DNA from: a virus
Length of the DNA: 64,000 nt
Reading direction: 5' to 3' (one strand)
IMG/VR virus record: IMGVR_UViG_3300030060_004050
Location: 1 to 64,000 of that record
Shown here in pieces: positions 8,378 through 14,862 of this stretch (position 1 is its first letter; each line of letters starts with the position of its first letter). A program made the translations under genes and the position numbers. The notes below the pieces were generated by a model, which did not search any database, was not told the origin of the DNA, and saw nothing but the letters and a program-made list of their open reading frames with translations.

Positions 8378-9016
8378 ATGCATAGGTGGAACGAACTATC
8401 TGAAAGCACACAACGTTGGTTGGAGCAAAATGGCTATCAACCGGATCTTCCTGTTCAGAGATCTCTTCATGAATCTTTGAATGAACCATTAGATGAACAA
8501 ACGGGCAGTGCTATCAGAAACTTACTGCGACTCTTAAAAAGAAGTCCTGAAGTTCCAGATACTCCCGGTGGCGGAGGAGTTCCCATCCCCGGTAGTGGTG
8601 GTGTTCCCAAACCATTCGTTATGGATGATCTTGTAAATATGTTAGATGATTTTCCCACCAGCGGTCAAGGTGGAATGCTCGGTATTCTTCAGTCTATCCT
8701 AAATGGAAGTCTAACAGGAAAGGCTCTCGAAAATCAAATGCAATTGTATGGTAGAATGTTCCGACAGTTTGGTTGGGAGTTCTATGACAATGGCGGTAAC
8801 GTAGGAATTAGAGAAATTAAGGGATTTGAGCCTTCCGGTAATCCTGTGGTCGCATCGGAACAAGGATTCTATGATACGTTAGCAGAGATTCTTTCTGATC
8901 TCTTTGGTCAAAACAACATCCCATGGAGTCCCGGAATGGTGATTCCACCAAGTTCGATCTCTCCAAACTTCCCTGCCGGTGGAGGCGGACGATTCGTACC
9001 CTTCGATGAAATTTAA
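8378..9016 (+). CDS. Putative head-internal protein
   Basis: Several LxE sites (LHE, LNE, LDE|Q), then the helix SAIRNLLRLLKRS and a Pro/Gly linker. Confidence 0.6.
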   Translation: MHRWNELSESTQRWLEQNGYQPDLPVQRSLHESLNEPLDEQTGSAIRNLLRLLKRSPEVPDTPGGGGVPIPGSGGVPKPFVMDDLVNMLDDFPTSGQGGMLGILQSILNGSLTGKALENQMQLYGRMFRQFGWEFYDNGGNVGIREIKGFEPSGNPVVASEQGFYDTLAEILSDLFGQNNIPWSPGMVIPPSSISPNFPAGGGGRFVPFDEI

Positions 9017-9034
9017 TTTAAAAAGAGAAAACAA

Positions 9035-9072
9035 ATGAATCTAAACGAACAACTACAACAAGCATATGAAGC
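9035..9072 (+). repeat. 38-bp exact direct repeat (second copy at 16089-16126)
   Basis: ATGAATCTAAACGAACAACTACAACAAGCATATGAAGC occurs at both positions. Confidence 0.9.
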
Positions 9073-9367
9073 AGGTCGTCAACAGGCTCTCAATGAGCAG
9101 GTGATGCCGAATCCATACATGCCAACATCTACCCCAGACATGAAGGGTATGAGTGATCTTAACGATCCGATGCTCTATGGTAAGATGCGATACGGTAAGA
9201 AATACTCCGGTATTCCATCAGGTCAGCAAAGAAGTAGTGGTATGTCTCCTCCGGGTGGCTGGAACACTGGTTATGAAGGCCAGACTTGGGAAGACAGGTT
9301 TGGTAACTTCTACCAATATAAAGGTGGACGGTGGGTACATTTGTCCAAACTCTCCACCAATAAGTAA
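9035..9367 (+). CDS. Putative head-internal protein
   Basis: Leader MNLNEQLQQAYEAGRQQALNE|Q, which is also found at 16089. Confidence 0.6.
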   Translation: MNLNEQLQQAYEAGRQQALNEQVMPNPYMPTSTPDMKGMSDLNDPMLYGKMRYGKKYSGIPSGQQRSSGMSPPGGWNTGYEGQTWEDRFGNFYQYKGGRWVHLSKLSTNK

Positions 9368-9386
9368 AAAAAGAAAACAAAAAAAG

Positions 9387-9411
9387 AAACCCCACTTCGG
9401 TGGGGTTTTTT
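9387..9411 (+). terminator. Rho-independent terminator
   Basis: AAACCCCAC-TTCG-GTGGGGTTT followed by a T run. Confidence 0.85.
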
Positions 9412-9467
9412 ATTGAATCATATTTCGTTATACATATAATACAAACATAGACACAAGCGAGGAAATA

Positions 9468-10457
9468 ATGCCAAGCCCATTTCAAACACATTTAATCAAT
9501 ACTCTTCGAGAGCAAGTTGATCCGAAAATTGCTGCGAATCAACCTTTACGAATGTTTGGACCTACTGGAAAAGAAGTTAACCCAGCAGACGTTGGTATTG
9601 ATGTTAAACCAGTAGACACCGATGGTGAAGTAGAAGTTGTAGATCCTCCAGATCCAGATGATGTAGAAAACGAAGAGGGCGAACAACCAATTGACTATCC
9701 TAATGGACTTGAACCAGTGGACGTTGATGGTGATGGAGTAACAGATCACTGGGTAGACGCTGCCGGAAACATTTATGATGTCACCATCATTTCTGTTAAC
9801 CATAATGGTGTAGATGGGTATATGGAGGTAATTACATACTCCTACACCAACGCAAATGGTGTGACTTATCAATTAGGTTTCGTCAACAACATGTGGCAAT
9901 TAATTGGTGAGGTTAATGGTATTCCAACTCTCATGCCTGGTGTCTTTATCGTGAACTTCCAAGGAGGAGGCACTCCCGTGTGGGGATATCAAGATCACCT
10001 CGGAAACTACTGGTTTACCATTGGGGATCCATACGCAACCAATCCACCAGCAACTTGGACAAACCCACTGACAGGTGGTCAAGTTGCTGGTGATCAAGTT
10101 GATTATCCACAGGGTTGGAGTGTTTGGATGGATTTCCAATTCGACAGCAACGGAAATCCAGTTGGTGTAAGTGGAATTCCACTTGTTCCCGGCGGTGGTC
10201 AGCAAAACACTATCCGTCCAGGCGCATCCAGTATTCCGGGTACACAAACAGGAATTTTTGTTGGAGTTAACATTCCATTTCCCAGTGAGTCATATGGTGG
10301 TAGTCCATTCCTACACCGAATTATGTGGGGACATTTTGTTAACTTGTATCTTGAAATATTCGGAGAACATCCACCAGAGTCTTCATGGCCTACAAACGCA
10401 GACTGGTGGGATATATGGTCTCAACCACCATTAGGATACGGTCCTCCCTATAGTTGA
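9468..10457 (+). CDS. Putative head-internal protein, aromatic/Gly/Pro-rich
   Basis: Leader MPSPFQTHLINTLRE|Q (cf. MSTPFQKYLIE|Q); contains DVDGDGVTD; TATACATA upstream. Confidence 0.6.
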   Translation: MPSPFQTHLINTLREQVDPKIAANQPLRMFGPTGKEVNPADVGIDVKPVDTDGEVEVVDPPDPDDVENEEGEQPIDYPNGLEPVDVDGDGVTDHWVDAAGNIYDVTIISVNHNGVDGYMEVITYSYTNANGVTYQLGFVNNMWQLIGEVNGIPTLMPGVFIVNFQGGGTPVWGYQDHLGNYWFTIGDPYATNPPATWTNPLTGGQVAGDQVDYPQGWSVWMDFQFDSNGNPVGVSGIPLVPGGGQQNTIRPGASSIPGTQTGIFVGVNIPFPSESYGGSPFLHRIMWGHFVNLYLEIFGEHPPESSWPTNADWWDIWSQPPLGYGPPYS

Positions 10458-10479
10458 AAACTAAACAAGGAATAAAAAA

Positions 10480-10908
10480 ATGTCAAACATTAAAAGTATA
10501 ATCGCAGAGTATTTACAAGAACAGGGTAGTGTATCAGTTCCATCTCCACCAGGCGCCGGGGGTGGTGCAATCGACTGGAGCGGAGGGACATTCCAAGGAG
10601 GAGTTCTCACCAATATCAGTGGAAATGGTGCAGGACAAGGTGGACCTCCAACTCCCGGTGGCGGAATCGACTGGGGCGGTGGACAAAACCAAGGTGGTAT
10701 CCTTACTCCAATTATGAAACCAGACTTTACTGGTGGTGGTGCTGGTGCTGGTGGTGGCCAAGGCAAACCCACCAACCTTCCACCTTGGGCAATCGGCAGA
10801 CCACAAGTCGGTATTCGTCCCGTCATAGGATCGGGTGGTCAACTTGGTGTTGGTGGAAGATTTGTACTTCAAGGACTTGGTGACGTAAAACCACTACCAA
10901 AACGATAA
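10480..10908 (+). CDS. Gly-rich putative head-internal protein
   Basis: Leader ...AEYLQE|Q; internal duplication GG.IDW.GG..QGG.LT.I. Confidence 0.55.
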   Translation: MSNIKSIIAEYLQEQGSVSVPSPPGAGGGAIDWSGGTFQGGVLTNISGNGAGQGGPPTPGGGIDWGGGQNQGGILTPIMKPDFTGGGAGAGGGQGKPTNLPPWAIGRPQVGIRPVIGSGGQLGVGGRFVLQGLGDVKPLPKR

Positions 10909-10920
10909 GGAAAATATATA

Positions 10921-11223
10921 ATGCCAATTTATGAATATGAATGTGAGTCGTGTGAGCATGTATTTGAAGTGATGCTTGGAATGAATGATCGTGATAAACC
11001 TCTTGAAGATCCTTGTCCTGAGTGTTCCGAAAAAAGTGTGCGAAGATCGGTTGGTATGTTTCAAGCCGGAGCAGATTCTACCATGACGGTGGATAAGATG
11101 TGTCCCGGATTCTCTAAGAGAATGGATCATATCAAAAAAGGTGCGATGATCAATGAATCCGCAAGGAAGAACATTGATCGGGCACAAAACTTTAGTCCCC
11201 ATGGATACCTGAAACCAAGTTAA
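10921..11223 (+). CDS. FmdB-family zinc-ribbon protein
   Basis: MPIYEYECESC...CPECS with two CxxC pairs. Confidence 0.85.
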   Translation: MPIYEYECESCEHVFEVMLGMNDRDKPLEDPCPECSEKSVRRSVGMFQAGADSTMTVDKMCPGFSKRMDHIKKGAMINESARKNIDRAQNFSPHGYLKPS

Positions 11224-11325
11224 TGGATAATGACTTTTTCATTTTACTTTTATTGACATGTGTAATGCTCCTTGATATATGGTCACCGGAGGACAAAGAA
11301 TAGATAGGTAAGCAAGGAGACTTAC

Positions 11326-12558
11326 ATGGCACTAGAATTTTCAGAGATTGCGACTCTTGGATGCCTATTCTACAGTGAAAGAGAATTGAAAAAAGCAGCG
11401 AGTGACGTAGGGACACTCGCTAAGTTTACTGCTACTGTTCGAGATAAAGTAAACAAAGATCGATTCGTCAAGTTCGGAACAGGAAAAGCAGAGTTCATTC
11501 GTGCCATGGATCCCACAAATAAAGTGGTTCTTGATGATATGTGTAGAGGTATCTCTGCTGCACTTGCAATCAAGAAGTGGATGACTCAGCACCACAACGA
11601 ACCAACAGACACAAAAATTAAAGCCGGATACATGACTGGTAATGTCTGGCCTTCTCCCGTCGATGCATTTAAAATCGATGCGTTTGGTATGGCAGACTAC
11701 AACTCCTCGGACTTCATTCTATACACCGGGAGACAGGGAACCAACGAATACTACTATGGCATTTCTCTCAAGAAGAAAAATGTAGAACATGCTGCCGATC
11801 CCACCCTAATTAATAAGGCATTTGATTCTGTCATGGACGGTAGAGAATTTGACAAGATCAAAGATGACATCAAGACACTGAGAGTCTCTTGGTTTGCGAA
11901 CAAAGTACGAGAGGCGAGTAAGCAAGGACTAATCCAAATAGAATCCGCACACGAAAAACTACCAGATGAAAAACTTATACTTTCAAGTCCTGCTGGAACC
12001 AAAAAATCATACCCTAATATCAAAGGTTTGTTGAAGGAAGGGTATGAGTCTGGTAATGGGTTTAGAACGTGGATGAACCGACAGGTTGGTAGGGGAGATC
12101 TCTATAGTTCTATGATGAAAATTATTGAACCTCACATGGAGATGTTTGCAAACTCCTTGATTAACTTAGTTCTCAAGGTAAATCTAAACGACAAACTAAA
12201 CGCAAACAAAGATCTTAACAAGTACTATTTTGGATTTGCACTAGCAACTGGGGTAGGACAGATGAAAAAGGACGTTCCTTTCGTTGGTACGGGATCTGTG
12301 TACCCACAGGAGAGTGTCTTGTGTGCTTTGAGTCATCTTGCAAGTTCTAAGAAACCATTCAAGATGGTTCAGGTTCCAAACCCCGCCGGCGATGAATCAG
12401 ACGCAGCAAAGGTGTTCTTTGAAATTCGCAAGGGTAATGTTGCTATTTTAGATCTGCAAGTTCGCTATAAAGGTTCTTTCACTGCACAACCTCAGTTCCA
12501 GGCATTCCTCACCAAAGACTTTAAGAGAATTATCGCTGGCGAATGCGTTAATCCTTGA
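11326..12558 (+). CDS. Putative PD-(D/E)xK / restriction-endonuclease-like protein
   Basis: SSDFIL...YGISLKKK resembles a D...SxK nuclease core; AAGGAG RBS; TTGACA at 11253. The function is an inference. Confidence 0.4.
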   Translation: MALEFSEIATLGCLFYSERELKKAASDVGTLAKFTATVRDKVNKDRFVKFGTGKAEFIRAMDPTNKVVLDDMCRGISAALAIKKWMTQHHNEPTDTKIKAGYMTGNVWPSPVDAFKIDAFGMADYNSSDFILYTGRQGTNEYYYGISLKKKNVEHAADPTLINKAFDSVMDGREFDKIKDDIKTLRVSWFANKVREASKQGLIQIESAHEKLPDEKLILSSPAGTKKSYPNIKGLLKEGYESGNGFRTWMNRQVGRGDLYSSMMKIIEPHMEMFANSLINLVLKVNLNDKLNANKDLNKYYFGFALATGVGQMKKDVPFVGTGSVYPQESVLCALSHLASSKKPFKMVQVPNPAGDESDAAKVFFEIRKGNVAILDLQVRYKGSFTAQPQFQAFLTKDFKRIIAGECVNP

Positions 12559-12567
12559 TATATAAAA

Positions 12568-12780
12568 GACAACCTCCCGCCTGTGACTCTGAGCGGGAGG
12601 TCGTCTACTATGATGACGGTCGTAAGGTAGCGAAATTCCTTGGTGTAGATTAAAACACAGAATAATCTACACCGTGCATGGATGGCGCAACGTTCTGGAA
12701 CACTGTCGCCAAGTTGCCCGGCCGCCTGATTTTGTATAATTGAAAAAACGACGGCACCACTTAAGGCGTCGTCGTTTTTT
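12568..12780 (+). ncRNA. Putative structured RNA mimicking 23S rRNA helices 69-71
   Basis: 12616-12642 matches the universal 23S segment ACGGTCCTAAGGTAGCGAAATTCCTTG at 26/27 positions, with H69-like and H71-like hairpins. It is bounded by TATATAAA (12559-12566) and a terminator. Confidence 0.6.
12743..12780. terminator. Bidirectional terminator
   Basis: AAAAAACGACGGC...GTCGTCGTTTTTT. Confidence 0.8.
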
Positions 12781-12846
12781 CGAGTTAAAGTATTGGTTTC
12801 TTTTACTCACTGTTATATGTATAAAACCACAGTAAAAAGAGAACAC

Positions 12847-12871
12847 AAAAAACCCCTCTTACGAGGGGTTT
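12847..12871 (-). terminator. Terminator for ORF 12901-13944
   Basis: AAACCCCTC-TTAC-GAGGGGTTT, with the A run giving a U tail on the minus strand. Confidence 0.8.
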
Positions 12872-12900
12872 CTTGTTTAAATTTAAAATTATTTTTCGGA

Positions 12901-13944
12901 TCAACCTGGTCCTCCGGGACCACCGGGACCACCACCACCGCCGGGAGGATCACCACCACCAGTGTCATCGCCTCCGGGAGGATCACCACCACCAGTGTCA
13001 TCACCACCATCATCAACATCATCCCCTGGCGGTTCCTCGGGAGGATCACTTGGCGGAACTGGAGGTCCACCTGATTCGGTGTTTTGGTGTTCGTTATTCT
13101 CCAACCAATCCAAAAGTTCTGCACCCAACCAGATTGCACCTGCAACGGCAGCAGCGATGAGTACAGCCTGGAACCAAGCGGGTTGCCTGTCCCACCAACC
13201 CGCAAGTCCGCCTTCTGGTGCGTTCCAATCAGAGGGTTCGTCTGGCACCCATGCTCCATCGTCATACACACCATCACCGTCAGGATCTGCTACCCATTGA
13301 CCGTTAGCGAGTCTACGGACAACGTATGGTACTCCGAGGTATTGAGGTGGATTTCCGGGAAGAAATTCAATGTAAAGTCCACCACCATGAGCGATGTGTG
13401 CAGGCATACCGTTTCCAGCAGGAACGCTGAACAGTGGAATACCCATGTCATCGAACATTAAAAATTGCCAGTTACCGGGAATTGGTTGAACTTGACCGTT
13501 CATATAAATGTACTGTTGTGCGATTGCACCGTCAGGACCGATGACTCGGTAGATCTTAATAAGATTACCACCGATTTCAATTTCTACTAGGTTTACCTGA
13601 TAACCTGCTGGTAGTGGGTAAAGTCCGTTTGCAGTGAACCAATCGATCAACCACTGTGGTAGAACTTGAACGGGAACACCCTCTGAGTCTTGTGTACCAT
13701 TGTCATCAACAATAACACCACCACTCTCTACTGGTCTAATTGTAAGATTTGGCTTTGATGGTCTTTTACCCATAATAGGACCTGGTGGGACATTGGGTGC
13801 AAGTTTAAGGCCCTGGTCGCCACCTGCTTGCTCAAACATAGTACCATAATACATCCACCTCATCGGGGAAGGTGATGAAAGTACTTTCTCTAGTGCATCT
13901 TCAAACTGTTCTTGAAGCATTCGTTTAAATGAATAGTCGCTCAT
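12901..13944 (-). CDS. Putative head-internal protein with a single transmembrane helix
   Basis: Leader MSDYSFKRMLQE|Q; contains DPDGDGVYD; hydrophobic segment WFQAVLIAAAVAGAIWLGAELL; acidic Gly/Pro tail; TATACATA upstream. Confidence 0.6.
   Translation of the reverse strand: MSDYSFKRMLQEQFEDALEKVLSSPSPMRWMYYGTMFEQAGGDQGLKLAPNVPPGPIMGKRPSKPNLTIRPVESGGVIVDDNGTQDSEGVPVQVLPQWLIDWFTANGLYPLPAGYQVNLVEIEIGGNLIKIYRVIGPDGAIAQQYIYMNGQVQPIPGNWQFLMFDDMGIPLFSVPAGNGMPAHIAHGGGLYIEFLPGNPPQYLGVPYVVRRLANGQWVADPDGDGVYDDGAWVPDEPSDWNAPEGGLAGWWDRQPAWFQAVLIAAAVAGAIWLGAELLDWLENNEHQNTESGGPPVPPSDPPEEPPGDDVDDGGDDTGGGDPPGGDDTGGGDPPGGGGGPGGPGGPG
12941..13002. repeat. 29-bp tandem coding repeat (33-bp period, GGDDTGGGDPP)
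   Basis: CCGGGAGGATCACCACCACCAGTGTCATC at 12941 and 12974. Confidence 0.85.
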
Positions 13945-14074
13945 GTATTTTTCTCCATACTCGGTAGGATTACCTATTGATTGTACATTATGTATAAGAC
14001 TATTTTCTTCAACGAACCAAACTCAACTCTGTTATACATAATCATGAAGAACTTTCCAAGACTAGGAGAATACA

Positions 14075-14344
14075 ATGGCAGGAAAAGACGTTTACAAAGT
14101 AGCACAGGGGATTCCTTCGTCAGCAGGACCTACTGGGGATACTACCATATATGGTGTTGCAATATACAACGGTCATGCATCGGGGACAGGTTCGATTGGT
14201 GTTCAAACGGTGAACGGACAAAATATTCAATTTAAAAATGTTCCGGCTGGATCAATACTTCCTGTTCATCACTCTAAAGTCTACGGTGTAACTGCCGATG
14301 CAGCATTGAGAACCACAGCGACTAACATTATCTCTCTACTTTGA
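14075..14344 (+). CDS. Small virion protein resembling the head-spike base family (RcGTA Rcc01079-like)
   Basis: The C-terminal pattern FKNVPAGSILPV..KV...TTATNIISL is recalled from that family; late motif upstream. Confidence 0.5.
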   Translation: MAGKDVYKVAQGIPSSAGPTGDTTIYGVAIYNGHASGTGSIGVQTVNGQNIQFKNVPAGSILPVHHSKVYGVTADAALRTTATNIISLL

Positions 14345-14352
14345 GGATTTAA

Positions 14353-14862
14353 ATGAAAGATTATAGAACATTTCTATCCGAACAAGTAGAACTTAATGAA
14401 AAGGCAAAAAATACATTGTCTACATTAGCAGGTTCTCTTGGTGGACAAGCAGACAAAGCAAACACCATTGCAAGCACCAGAGGAGTCACTGTTAAAATTG
14501 ATCCCTCTGATGTCTCTATGATAAAAGCAATATCAGATAGAACTGTTTATAACTTTGATGCTCTTTTGAGTGGGTTCGAAGCACTTTCTTCATACACAAT
14601 ACGTCCAGAGGAGAAGGCAAACTACAAAAGAACCCTGTCTCAACTAAGAGATGAAGATCCTAGAAAAGTAAAGATACTTCAAGAGTTAGAAAATATAATG
14701 GTTCTTCCTGCAAGTGCGGACAGAACATATAGAACACAGAGTGTTCTTGACACACTAAACAACATTGCAACTGAGATGGGACAGGGAAGTTTGTCCTATG
14801 ATCAGGTGCAACCACAAACATACATACCAGGCAGGTATATGAATTTCGGTAGGGGCAACTGA
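14353..14862 (+). CDS. Putative head-internal protein
   Basis: Leader MKDYRTFLSE|Q closely resembles the T4 capsid-targeting sequence. Confidence 0.6.
   Translation: MKDYRTFLSEQVELNEKAKNTLSTLAGSLGGQADKANTIASTRGVTVKIDPSDVSMIKAISDRTVYNFDALLSGFEALSSYTIRPEEKANYKRTLSQLRDEDPRKVKILQELENIMVLPASADRTYRTQSVLDTLNNIATEMGQGSLSYDQVQPQTYIPGRYMNFGRGN

Noticed and set aside
11253-11281. Complete sigma70 promoter upstream of the nuclease-like ORF
   Set aside because: TTGACA is perfect but no clean -10 lies at 16-17 bp, so it is not listed as a promoter feature.
12599-12707. A genuine 23S rRNA gene or host contamination
   Set aside because: The similarity covers only about 110 nt, H71 is replaced by a different hairpin, and both flanks are phage-type genes and signals. 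It is reported as a putative ncRNA instead.
12568-12780. Group I intron inserted in an rRNA-like exon
   Set aside because: The only insertion is a roughly 30-nt hairpin. No intron core or LAGLIDADG ORF is visible.
12901-13030. CRISPR-like or mobile-element repeats (also 60550-60600 and 60810-60840)
   Set aside because: The units are multiples of 3 and encode Gly/Pro repeats. There are no unique spacers and no cas genes; the Cas4-like ORF is the ordinary phage exonuclease.
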